DNA of 64,000 nt from Lophium mytilinum (taxonomy: Eukaryota), in assembly GCA_010093605.1 (NCBI GenBank), contig MU004183.1, positions 806,001-870,000 on the forward strand. The letters are read 5' to 3'. Below the pieces are notes generated by a model. The model saw nothing but the letters and a program-made list of their open reading frames with translations, had not been told where the DNA came from and searched no databases. Position numbers and translations under genes: made by a program. Positions 42,038 through 52,901 of this stretch are shown one piece after another; within the stretch, counting starts at the first letter, position 1, and each line of letters opens with the position of its first letter.

Positions 42038-42731
42038 GGTCAAGTTATGAGTCTGTATGTCGTACTTTACGTAGGCTCAACGAAACGGTTCTGTCTATTT
42101 TTTGTCTGATATTGTGGGACTACCATGATAGGGGGTGACAAGTATGCTTTCGGGATCCGATCTCGCGACTGGAGGATTCAACCACTCTGCTTCATAATGG
42201 GTAGCCGCAATAGGCCCATTTTGATAGGACATGGCCAACACAGCGTGATTCTGTCGCAAATCACGTGATAGCTACTCACTTCTTCGTATTATTGGGATAT
42301 TGCCCCACTGCACTACTTGAGACTAGAGATACTAGAGTCCACTTGCTAAGAAGTCACAAGCAACGACCTTCAAAACCTACGATAAAGTATATGTCTCATT
42401 CGAGATCATCGGACCTAGCCGATCACTGCACACCATCGTCATCAGCGCCTTGGGCGGCAGCGGCATCGAGCTTGCGCATCACACTTCACGGCCAACCCCC
42501 TTACCCCCTCGCTGCCGCCCGCTGAAAAGCTTTTCGGGATGCCGGCACTCGCGGTAGCTTTCTATCGTAGTTTCTTTTTCCATTTAGATTTATTTGTATA
42601 GAAAGAACGCGTATCCGGGTTTTGCATATGCTCTTCGGCCCTTTGGCAGTCGCCGGCCAGCCGCCACTATCGATCTTGCAGACCCCGCGCGTTTGATCGC
42701 ATAGATACTTTAAGCAGACGTCGACGTCCTG

Positions 42732-44700
42732 ATGGCTCCGTTTCCTAAAATAAGCGTCGACGTGCCGAGGATAGATGTCTCAGCGGCGCAACAGTCTCGC
42801 ACCAAGTCTCATTCTCGTTCTCGTACTGGTATTGGCTCTGGATCTATCTCTTCGTCTTCAAAGTCTAGTTCTGAAGGACAGGCATGGCGCTCGCCGTACT
42901 CGCCTGAACGGGCAGGCGACAGCACGCCTGTTGCACTGCCAACACCACTGCAAGGATCCACTCCAGTAGGCGCCAGGAGCCCAGTAGCCGGGATGAGCCC
43001 CTTCAACGGGATGACTACGGAGCAAGCGAAATATCTGGCCACTGGAGGCCTAAAGGGAAACAAGGAGAAGATGAAAGATCAAGCGGCTAAAGCACGGCAG
43101 AAGGAGCGGCAAAAGGAGTGGGAGAGGGAGAAGGAGAGGGTTGAAGCAGAGCGTGACGCCCAGGAGATGGAGTTGAGTTTCAGGCAGCGCATGCGACATT
43201 TCACGTGGACATGGTTTACTATGACTATGGCGACGGGAGGTATGGCGAATGTCATTTACACTGGTATGTTAGTGTTTCAATCAAGTCTCATTGATTTCGT
43301 TCGCCCATCTTCGTACTACATAAGAACAAACAGTCGATCTCACAGGGGCATGTGTGCTGGTAAGGACGATTACTGACTCCTCGCCGACAGTACCCTACCG
43401 CTTCCATGGTATCTACGCCCTCGGTTGCTTGTTTTTTCTTCTCAATATCGTCCTGTTCGTGTTTAATGTCAGCATGATCAGCACCCGCTTTTATCTATAT
43501 CCGGCAACCTTTAGAGGCAGCTTCCTCCATCCAACCGAATCTCTTTTCATTCCAGCTTGCATTATCTCGCTCGGTACTATTTTCATAAATATTTCACAAT
43601 ACGGCGTCGGCAAGGCCGGACACTGGCTCACAGACGCCATGATATACTGCTACTGGATATACTGTGCACTCGCTATCATAGCGAGTTGTGGTATTTTCCT
43701 AATCATGTAAGTTTCCCCATTTTTCCCTTTAAGTGATATCACCTTGGACCAATCCACCCTTCCCTCAACTAACAAACCACAAAGGTGGTCTACCCAAACC
43801 CACACAATATCTCGCATGACCCCAATCTGGATCTTCCCCGCCTACCCCCTCCTCATAATCGGCCCCTTCGCCGGCGTCCTCTCCGCCAAAACCACCTCCA
43901 CCACCGCCCTCTCCATCATTGTCTCGGGCTACACCCTTCAAGGCATCGGCTTCATGGTCTCTCTCATGATCTACTCCGCCTTCCTCTACCGCCTGATGAC
44001 GCAAAAACTCCCCGCCGAGTCCCTCCGCCCCGGCATGTTCATCTCCGTCGGCCCCAGCGGTTTCACAATCGCCGGCCTCGTCACCATGGGCGCGCAGCTC
44101 CCGCGCATCGTCGCCGAAACAGGCGGCGCCTTCATGTCCGCCAGCGACGCGTCTCCCGCACCATCCACCCTCACTTTCATCATCAGCGACGCCGACGCGC
44201 ACATGACGACCGGCCTTTTCGCGGCTGAGGTCTCCCGCATCATGGCGAACTGGGCCGGCCTCTGGCTGTGGGGGCTGGCGCTGTGGTTCTTCATCGTGAG
44301 CGTCGGCGCGCACTGGACCCCGCTCACGCGCTGGAAGATGGATTTCGGGATGACGTGGTTTAGTTTTGTCTTCCCGAATACCGCGCTTACGACGGCGACG
44401 TTTGCGGTGGCGAGGTCGCTGAACAACAACCGCCCGATTCAGATTGTGGGATGTGTGCTCACTGTGGCGCTGGTGATCGTGTGGATGTTTGTGGCCGGTT
44501 GCATGGTGAAGGCCGTGGTGGGGAAGCAAATCCTGTGGCCGCAGAAGCAGGAGGATCGGGAAGAAGGGGGATGGGTGAAAGAGGAGGAGAAGGAGGGGAC
44601 GGTGGGCGGGAGGGTGAGTGGACGGGTCAGAGGGTGGAGCATGGGGAGGAGTCGGGGAAGAGAATGGTGGAAGAGAGACGAGAGGAACTTTTCGGTTTGA
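42732..44700 (+). CDS. C4-dicarboxylate/malate transporter (Mae1-type, SLAC1/TDT family); exons 42732-43263, 43391-43706, 43785-44700
   Basis: [56 protein letters not shown] and about 10 TM helices. Confidence 0.92.
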
Positions 44701-44802
44701 TTCACGGCTAACTTTTTAGGATTCATAGTACCTTCGTAGCATAATATATGCCCCACCGGCGGTCTCGAGTGAGCAAGCCGAAGCCAAGTAGTAGTACAAC
44801 AT

Positions 44803-44830
44803 GTGCCCAGACCTATGGCCTAGTACTTTA
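44803..44830 (+). mobile_element. Solo degenerate TIR related to the 33.1-kb MITE
   Basis: GTGCCCAGACCTATGGCCTAGTACTTTA matches the reverse complement of the MITE left end plus TA at 23 of 28 positions. Confidence 0.55.
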
Positions 44831-45167
44831 AATGCCTTGCTGTACCTAAATATCGTGGGAATCGGAAGCTGCATGCCACAGTGTCCTTCTTAAAGTAATG
44901 CTCCCGTCGACGCTTTCTGCTCTCAGGGCTGTCTGGTGGACTTTTTTTTCCGGGGCTTCGGCTGGGAGACTTGGAGTAGTTTTCTTGAGTTTGCAAATGC
45001 TCAAAGCTTATAAGACCACTAGGAGATGCTAGTTGTACTCGTGGAGTAGCCTCGTGACTTTCTCTGTGGTCGTCTTTGAGTTGGCACAAATCTTCGAATG
45101 CGTTAGACGTGAGACTATTGGCAAGATCTGGAACCGAAGACAACGCTGGCACTGGGAAATTCACGTC

Positions 45168-45587
45168 TCAGCTAGTCTCTTCACAGCGTTGCTTCCATGC
45201 CGCGGTTTCGCTCTTCAGCCGGTCGAGGCTATCTCGAAGGCCTGTGTAGTGCACTCGTTGGTGTTCTGACCAGGTAGCAGGGGGTTTTCGCTCAAGCATG
45301 AGACTGTACATCCTATCCGCCTCTGCCTGGTGCTCCTCAGCATGCCTCGATTCGTCGGAAAGCTGAGACATGAGGCAGTGGACCGAGAAGCGCAGGTTAT
45401 CAGAGATTCTAGCATCCCAGAGAAGCTCCTCACAGATGTCTCTAGCAGCCGCACTATTCGCGTCTGTCGGGTCGCCATAGTCGTTTTCGTCAAGACCGAG
45501 GATGTCCAACGCCGCATTGTAGCGCGCATAGAAGAAACGCAATAGGTTAGACGTTTCGGGCTCGGGGCGGGGAGTCGAGGAAGTCAT
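45168..45587 (-). CDS. Small helical hypothetical protein (139 aa)
   Basis: ATG at 45587 (MTSSTPRPEPE) and amphipathic helices (FFYARYNAALDIL..AARDICEELL..VHCLMSQL). No known domain. Confidence 0.55.
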   Translation of the reverse strand: MTSSTPRPEPETSNLLRFFYARYNAALDILGLDENDYGDPTDANSAAARDICEELLWDARISDNLRFSVHCLMSQLSDESRHAEEHQAEADRMYSLMLERKPPATWSEHQRVHYTGLRDSLDRLKSETAAWKQRCEETS

Positions 45588-45725
45588 TTCAGCAATAGTA
45601 ACTTGATTTGACTGAGGATTCTTGCTTGACTGGTCTTTCCGTGCTTGCTGCGCTTTGAGAAGTCCCGCTGTTCCAAGGTTGGTTGTTGATGACAAGAGGC
45701 GCCAGGTGCGCTAGGTGAGAGGAGT

Positions 45726-45807
45726 AGAATCGGCTTAGCGCCTTAGAACGTCATGTGATGATGGTTACAGACCGCCTACTAAGAGTGCTTGCGTTTTCCT
45801 AATTAGT
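45726..45807. repeat. Duplicated upstream segment, copy 1 (copy 2 at 47475-47624)
   Basis: AGAATCGGcTTAGCGCC..ACGTCATGTGA..ATG.TT.CAGACC followed by TAAGAGTGCTTGyGTTTTCCTAATTAGT (27 of 28 identical). Confidence 0.85.
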
Positions 45808-46209
45808 GTTCCATTGCTGCGTATGCTGTGCCTCAACAAGGGGAATGCAAAACATCACAACGCCCGAAAAGGACTTGCTCCATATGCTCTGCCCCAATGA
45901 GAGGGACTATAAATCATCACAACGCCCCATTGAAGGACTTGTTGCATATGCTCCGCGCTAATGAGAGGGAAAACACAAATCACAGCCGCCGAAAAGCTGC
46001 ACTGGATATGCCCTTCCTTGATAAGGAAGAAGTGTGAAGATACAGACCTTGTCATAAATGACTTGCTGTGTCTGAAAATGGTGGGATTTGAAAGCCGTAT
46101 GCCGCATTATCCTTGGATCAATGGAAGCTCTACGCACGCGATGATGCTAGCAAAGCAAAGCGTCTTGAGTCTAGACCTTTGGCAAGGTGGACTCCTCTCA
46201 TCTCGAGAT

Positions 46210-47310
46210 CTAGGTATATGAACCCAAAGATAGTAGTAGTAACGCCACCTGGTCGAGGATACCCTGGTACAGGAGAGCACAGAAAATAAGCGCTATCTCC
46301 TCTCTATCGAGATGCTCCAAGATTAGCGGTTCCAAGAAATCTTGGAAATACTTCTTCCGGAGGTCAGGGTTCACGATCTTGCACACTTTCCGCAGGTAGA
46401 CATCTAGCCGCAGACGCCTCGACTGATTATGGGGGTGATCGTGGCGACCCCTCTTCTTCTTAAGAGATTGAACCTTCTCCTCTCGAAGAGCAGCGTTACA
46501 GCATGTCGGAGGGTGATCAGGGCTCACAAGGCCTGCCGACTTGCAAGCAAGACACGCATGCGAGCCGTTCTCTTCCCATTGCCTACGATGCTCTAAGCGT
46601 CTAGACTTACGGAATCGTTTCGTGCAAGGCCGACCGTGATGATTATCATGACCACTCAGGCCCCACGTGACACAGATGGGGCAAGTTCGCGGGTTGCTAT
46701 CACGGACCGCGTGATTGGCGGTCGATGGGATGTGATCGATCATACCGACGTCCTGAGACGTCGTTTGGACCGCAGCAAGAGCCGAGTGACCGGTTTGCTT
46801 TAATGTGGGATCATTCACTATACCGACGTCAGGAGACGCCGCTGCGATAGTAGTCGCTGGGGCTTCCACTACCGGAGATGCAGGCTGGGTAGCCTGGGGT
46901 ACAGGGTCTGAGGGTCGGATGGTTGTCTTCAGCTCTGGTACAGAATCTGATTGGCAATTTCCAGTCGTCAGGTCTGATGTGAAGTCTGATGATTGGACTT
47001 CGGGGACTCCAGGAGCAGCCTCGGCAGCGACAGTGCTGGCCTCACCGACATCACCTACGGTGACTTTAGGTTGTTCAAGGTCCAACGCCATCTGGCGCAA
47101 AATATCCCACGGGTCAATACCGACTTGTGTTCGCACCGGCTCGTCGGCCCAGGGAGTGATCGTGCTGAGGCGGCCGACGTCTTCCGCGCGCTTAATCTTG
47201 GAGATCTTGCGTGGGGCAAAGAAGCCTTCTTTCTCGTCTTTGTCGAGCGACTCACTAAGAGTGCGCTTGCGGGCGTTGCGGGCAGGATTCGTGGTGTTGT
47301 TCGAGGCCAT
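46210..47310 (-). CDS. Orphan protein with two CxxC..H..C putative zinc-binding motifs and basic NLS-like patches
   Basis: Long intronless ORF containing CPICVTWGLSGHDNHHGRPC, CLACKSAGLVSPDHPPTCC, RKRT and KKKRGR. Confidence 0.6.
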   Translation of the reverse strand: MASNNTTNPARNARKRTLSESLDKDEKEGFFAPRKISKIKRAEDVGRLSTITPWADEPVRTQVGIDPWDILRQMALDLEQPKVTVGDVGEASTVAAEAAPGVPEVQSSDFTSDLTTGNCQSDSVPELKTTIRPSDPVPQATQPASPVVEAPATTIAAASPDVGIVNDPTLKQTGHSALAAVQTTSQDVGMIDHIPSTANHAVRDSNPRTCPICVTWGLSGHDNHHGRPCTKRFRKSRRLEHRRQWEENGSHACLACKSAGLVSPDHPPTCCNAALREEKVQSLKKKRGRHDHPHNQSRRLRLDVYLRKVCKIVNPDLRKKYFQDFLEPLILEHLDREEIALIFCALLYQGILDQVALLLLSLGSYT

Positions 47311-47474
47311 CGCGAAGAAATTCGTAGCTGGATGAATGAGATCGGTCTCTTGTGCTTTTAAGCTTAAAAGAGGTGCTGGTATGTAGCAGCTGATTGTGAA
47401 CCGATTCTTACAGTGTACGGTGAAGGAGGAAGGAAGGGTTGGCAACGATGCGTTGAAACAGTGGGTCGCTTAGC

Positions 47475-47624
47475 AGAATCGGTTTAGCGCCCCAAGACGT
47501 CATGTGACGATGTTTCCAGACCCCCGGCCTCATCGGTTTCATAAATTTTAAGTCTGTATCTCCAGTGGTCTGTCGAAAGTCTGGACGTATTCAATTTAAG
47601 AGTGCTTGTGTTTTCCTAATTAGT
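47475..47624. repeat. Duplicated upstream segment, copy 2 (about 70 extra bp in the middle)
   Basis: Direct similarity to 45726-45807. Confidence 0.85.
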
Positions 47625-47768
47625 ATTTTAAAATTCGAGCACGATGTCCAGACCAACACGATGGATTTTTGGCAGGACCTGGACTGACTAGCTCACGTTT
47701 TCTAGGCTGCTCCTCAGTGGTATCGAGTGAGCAGAGCGAAAGCCGGAATTTTAGAGCGCACTGTGTAT

Positions 47769-47796
47769 GTGCCCTGGTCTGTGGCCTGAGAATGTA
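47769..47796 (+). mobile_element. Second solo degenerate TIR related to the MITE
   Basis: GTGCCCTGGTCTGTGGCCTGAGAATGTA matches the MITE right end at about 21 of 28 positions. It is preceded by GGTaTCGAGTGAGCA..GAAAGCC, similar to 44761-44785. Confidence 0.45.
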
Positions 47797-48136
47797 CAAT
47801 CAGTAATACGTAGGTCCTGCGGCGAGGAAGAGTCTATAAGGTAGAAAAGAAGTAACGAGGGGAGGTTACCCTTTCGAAAAGGAGCAAATGATTAGCAATA
47901 AAACACTACATTCACACCGCTACAAGCAGTGAGCCGACAAAAGGAGAGAGTCCTTGCGACAACGACTAGGAAATCCAACGTATAAGGATAATATATGAAG
48001 CAAGCCATACCAGTACATACGCCATTTAATATGCAAAGACTTGCGCCATTACCCAGAAATCAAGGAGTCAACGGGCCCTTCCAAAAGAGAACGCTAATAG
48101 CAGAGAACACATAATACAATACAGGAGAAGGTGAGA

Positions 48137-50646
48137 TCATAGGACTCGCCTATTTCGAAGAGTGCCATGTGAGGAGGAGTTCTTGGTAGCCGCCGGTAGC
48201 TCGGGAGACAGCGGAGTTCTAGTATTCGTCCTGATCTCTAAGTTCGCTCTCGGAACAATAGTAGGAGTGCTGTCGATGTTGATAGAGGGCAGAGTAGGTG
48301 GAGATATAGTAGTGCCGGGAATGATGAGACCCTCTTCGTCATCATGCAGTAGCTTGCGCTCCTGCGAACATGTGTTGTCCGCGCAAGGGATGATCTGGAT
48401 ATCTCGCTGGAGTTCTTCGTGTGTAAGTCTGCGAGAGCTATTCACCCCACGAATGGCAAGCCCGCCGTCCTCGGTCAAATCAAACGGTCGCTTGGAAGGT
48501 GGATTCAGTCCTTGCCGTATGTCTGCCCTCTGTACCATGTCTTTCGGGGCTGCGAGCTTGTACAAAGCCTTCTGCGCTTGGAGCTCTGCTACCAACTCCA
48601 GAGGCCCAGCAGTTTTATAGAACGCATCATCAGTCAAAAGCACCCAGCCCGGGTCGTTGGGGACGATATCTTTTGGCCAGCACGGATTATCCCTAAGGCC
48701 CCAGTCGTTTTCCTTGGATGGAAATCGAGCGAAGTGTTTGTCGAACGTAATCTCGTAGACAGCTCGCGTGAATTGCGCATCAAATTCAGTCGTAGTTGTT
48801 TCTTTGCCGTCTTTTCCCTTATTCACCTTCTCTTTGCCTGGACGTATGAGTCTCACTAATTCTTCGTTTATATCACCGAACTTCTTTCCTGGAGGTGGCT
48901 TTTTTCGGGCGCCAATCGCCTTACGGATTTGACCGTTTCCAAGCCCGCCGTCTTCCTGAAAGGTCTTAGTACACATAGTAAAGGATGCAAAAGAAAGGTT
49001 ATAGGGTACCAAATCGCAGAAGCTAGTCCACTGCTGTGCTGCACCACCATTCTCCCCTGATGGGATATAACGAACCAACTGCGGCGCAACTACTCCAGGT
49101 CGATTCGCGTTGGGTGGATTGAAATAACCAGGCGGCCACTCGTCGCGTTCACACGCGAGCTTTTTCGGTTCTTTGCTGTCATGAAACATATATGACTTTG
49201 GCAAATAGTCTTCCCACCCTTTTTTGGCGTGCTGAATTCGCCAATCTCTTGTCTTCACACCGTTGACACGTTTGTTGTTATCTCTGCACGTATAAACGCT
49301 CGACATCCTCGCATCGTTTTGGATGGCAGAGTAGTAATGATAGCAAGCTTGAGAATGTTTGGCGAAATCGCACTGTTTTTGAATTGTCTTAATGATTGGC
49401 ATTGAATTGGTGATCTTCGTTACGTGCAAGCTTGCGTCGTCGCATTCGGCGTCGTTATCTATTAGACTACGTCATGACAAATTCGTAATGTCAAGTAGAA
49501 CACTTACTCAGCTGGTCCCCGGGTGCTCGTTTTTGTTTTTGTGTGCAAGCTTTGATGCTCGAGGGAGACTGGGGCCCTCCACTTGAGTGGGAACGATCGG
49601 TGGCTCTTGGAGGATTCGTAATGGCCGATGAAATGAGTTGAGAAGGAGCATTGGGACTGGAAGCAATTATGGCGGAAGTCTTCGGATCATCTTTTGTTGT
49701 CTTTGGCGGGGATTTGGTCTTCAGGTCGTTATTGGGGGATTCAGGTACAGACTTCGGCGCATTTGGATCGTTTTTCCCAGGCTTCCCGCCGCCTTTCGGC
49801 ACTCCAGGAGGTGGCTTGAAACCTTTCGGCAGAATAAGATCATTCGCGCTGTTGAGTACATCGAACCCTTTTTTCAGGTTGGGAGGGAGATGAGACGTTC
49901 CACAGCCATTCGTGAGCCAGTCTGAGAAGACTCCAGCCCCTGCTTCAGCAGCATCAACTGAATACGAGATCAGCTTAGCTGCTTCAATTCCGGCAACTTC
50001 ATTGAATTAGCGGGGCCATTCAATGTTTAGTCTTGATGAGGCTCTTACTCATAGCTCCATCAATCGCCTCTCCTACACCAGGAATGGCTAGCGATCCAAC
50101 CTCAACAACTAATTGCACCATTGACAATAGGATGTTACAGCCAATCTATATGACAGTATAAGAGAGAGAATTATTGGCAAAATACTATGGGTCTTACCTC
50201 AGCGATTACTGGCAAAGCCTCCATCAAAAGGTCTGCAAATTGATTGAGGAAATCGTTATTGCAAGAACACTGAGCACCGGCGACTTTGAGATCACCTGCA
50301 CAACAAAATCAGTCAATGAGCCTTTACAGGACATGTTATCAAGCCACGTACCGCTGACAACTTCCCACTTGATGTCCCCGCCCAGAATCATACATGAAGT
50401 TGATCCCATTTGGCCTGCAGCAATTGCTTTGGCTACCGCCTCTCCGCACACGTTGTTGCACTGCGAGATAGAAGTCTTTGGATCCGGAGGATCGAACACT
50501 GTGCATTTCATTGAGTTCTTATATTGCTGTACTGCCTGGTAGTGTGCATCGTCAATCGACTCAGGGGCTGCAATAGGAGCGGGGAGTGTGAAAGTATTGG
50601 TAATGAGCGAACTGAAGGTAAGAAACGAGATAATATGACGGCTCAT
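48137..50646 (-). CDS. Secreted multi-domain protein with NucA/NucB-like DNase domain, putative toxin (748 aa); exons 50646-50352, 50295-50198, 50145-50049, 49996-49508, 49458-49010, 48955-48137
   Basis: Signal peptide, Cys-rich N-domain, hydrophobic AIPGVGEAIDGAMIAGIEAAKLI segment, Pro/Lys linker and KR site. Then CYHYYSAI..YTCR..CERDEWPP..LVRYIPSGENGGAAQQW, comparable to NucB AHISDAI..RDEWP..VRYV..DNRGAGSW (from memory). Five GT-AG introns keep the frame. Confidence 0.8.
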
Positions 50647-51483
50647 TATAGAAAGGATGCGTTATAGATTTCAAAAAAGAGAGACGATAGCGGGATAGCG
50701 AGAGACTCGAAGAAGATAGAACCCGGGGGTGATCTGGAGCGAACGGAAAACTTGGCTGCCTCATCACGACCAGAACTAGCGGAATATATACCGACTCATT
50801 TCAGAATGCCATTGCTACAAGCCTTGCATGCTGGACTAACAATAGAGCATCACATCAACTACATGCATGCGGCGAGGTAGATTTTGATAGTGCCAAGGAC
50901 AGAGAGCCTCGAGGCGCGCGCAACGTCCATAAGATCTGGATGAGCTTGGAATGGGGTGCAGCATCTGAAGGAGGCGAGGGCTGTTGGGTGCCGTGGCGGT
51001 GTCGAGAGAGGTATGGGATCCCCTCAGCGCAGGGCGATAAGCCGGAAGTGGACAAGATAATCCCATTCGCAAGGATTGAAACGAGACGCTCCGGCAATTG
51101 GCATGAAATAAACTGCGGATGTCGGAAACCGAAGCAAATGGGGCTATGGATGGGAGACAGTCCTGGCCCTGATTCGCAGATGTCTGCGCCTGCTTGGAGT
51201 CATTGCCGCATTGGACGCAACATGAGAACCAACATCAGCACCCCGTCCATGATTACCAGGGCAGCTTTTTGCGAAGGGCTTGAAACCATTTCATCGTCTG
51301 GAACTGAGGATTGGATTTGGACGTAGGCGCTAAAGATGGCAGTTGGAATTATGCACGACCGGGGTAATTCGATAAAAATGGAGTGTCGAAACATCTCAGT
51401 CCTTAGCACTCTCGCGCGGTCCCTGGAATCTTCGCGGCACAGCAATAACCCATGGTAAATCATGTTTCAGCTTGGGAACTCCC

Positions 51484-51542
51484 CGGTGTTGTGTAAGCGC
51501 TCTGCCGGTGAATGCCCAGCCGCTGCGCCACATGGGCGCTTA
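51484..51542. promoter_or_regulatory. Conserved inverted-repeat element upstream of SUKH-like gene 1
   Basis: CGGTGTTGTGTAAGCGCtc..GTGAAT..GCGCCACATGGGCGCTTA, closely similar to 52723-52784. Confidence 0.6.
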
Positions 51543-51668
51543 GATTATGCTTGCCAAGCACCAATCGCGCTACCCCTACAGGAAGTTACACCATCTCATT
51601 TCACGAAGTACACAAGACACTACTCACCGACAGTCCCCCATATCCATTCTACTATTCCGCAGCTCAGC

Positions 51669-52563
51669 ATGGTTACAGACGGAGCGCAATCATCGCTAGA
51701 GGAGCTAGTAGTAGCGATAACATCCTATTATGAGTTTCTTATCAGCTTCTACCTTCCTGCGAGTTCACTGAAGTTCGCTCCAATGGGAGGATGGCGTGAG
51801 TGCGAGCGAGGTTTAACTTGCCTTGGAGTCGTGAGGCTAACTGAGGTAAATTATATTTAAGCCGATATCCACCCAAGCTTCTTCGATCCCCCAAAATCAG
51901 ATACTATTATGGAAATTTTGCGAAATATCCCGTACATCGACGCGCGAGAGCGCCACGATAATCCGTTTCAGCTGTACGAAGGGTGCGAAGGAATGGATTA
52001 TACAGGCCACGAATTCCTCGGCAACGGCCCGCACGATGCTGAACGCGATCCGCTCACGGACGACGCAGAGGATATAGGTGTGGATATCTCGGCGCATACA
52101 ATTGTGCTTGCGGCGGCTCCGACGCGAGATGGTTGGCATTTTATTTTGCAAACCGAAGAAACAGATTGGATGATTGAGCTTTGGGATTTCCAATGCGATA
52201 TTTGCGAACGATACCCAGTTAAAGCATTTTTTGAAAAACTGAAGGAGAGGTTTAGGACGCTTGAGGTGGTGCGTATTATTTGAATATACGCTTGAATGTT
52301 CAACGCGTTAATAAGAATAGTATCCCATCGATCCTGAACAGGTAGTAATGGCAAACGGGTGTCCAGCTGCTGCGAACGCGGAGTATACCACAATGTTTCA
52401 TGCCTTCGGATGGCCAACGGCAGAGTATAGAAAGAAAGAATGTATGCGAGAAATTAAAAAGGCGTGGAACGAGAACATGGGTTTCTCTGATACTGACGAT
52501 GAGAATGAGAATGAAGCAGTTGAGAAGGAGGTGCGAGAAGGGAAAGAGGAGATGGAATTTTAG
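51669..52563 (+). CDS. Acidic SUKH/SMI1-KNR4-like protein, paralog 1 (258 aa); exons 51669-51795, 51862-52268, 52321-52563
   Basis: YYEFLISFYLP..PMGGWPDI..PKSD..LRNIPYID..TIVLAAAPTRDGWHFIL..FFEKLKERFRTLEV..FGWP..YRKKECM. No signal peptide. The gene model is firm; the SUKH fold call is an inference. Confidence 0.75.
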
Positions 52564-52722
52564 CTGTGTGTGTTTACAGCCTGCATACTTCGTAGATACG
52601 TGTGCCTCGTTGAGATTAGCGAAATGTCATATTGTTGCTATTATTGAAATTCTCGTGCGATCCATACTATTTCGCGGCACATCAATTGTCCCTGTCCTTG
52701 GCTGTTTGAAACTGTAAATCGT

Positions 52723-52784
52723 CGGTGTTGTGTAAGCGCCCCGACAGTGAATATCCGGTCGCCGCGCCACATGGGCGCTTACAC
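52723..52784. promoter_or_regulatory. Conserved inverted-repeat element upstream of SUKH-like gene 2
   Basis: Perfect 12-bp inverted repeat GTGTAAGCGCCC (52730-41) and GGGCGCTTACAC (52773-84). Confidence 0.6.
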
Positions 52785-52901
52785 CGGACCTGCCAAGCGG
52801 CAGCCCCGATTCCTGCACGAACGGGACAAGTCACATAACCAGGACATCCGGGACACTTACCAAAACCCTCACATACTCTTCTTGATGTTCCGTTCATCAG
52901 C

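Noticed and set aside
43765..44529. 254-aa antisense ORF opposite the transporter
   Set aside because: Explained by high third-position GC on the sense strand.
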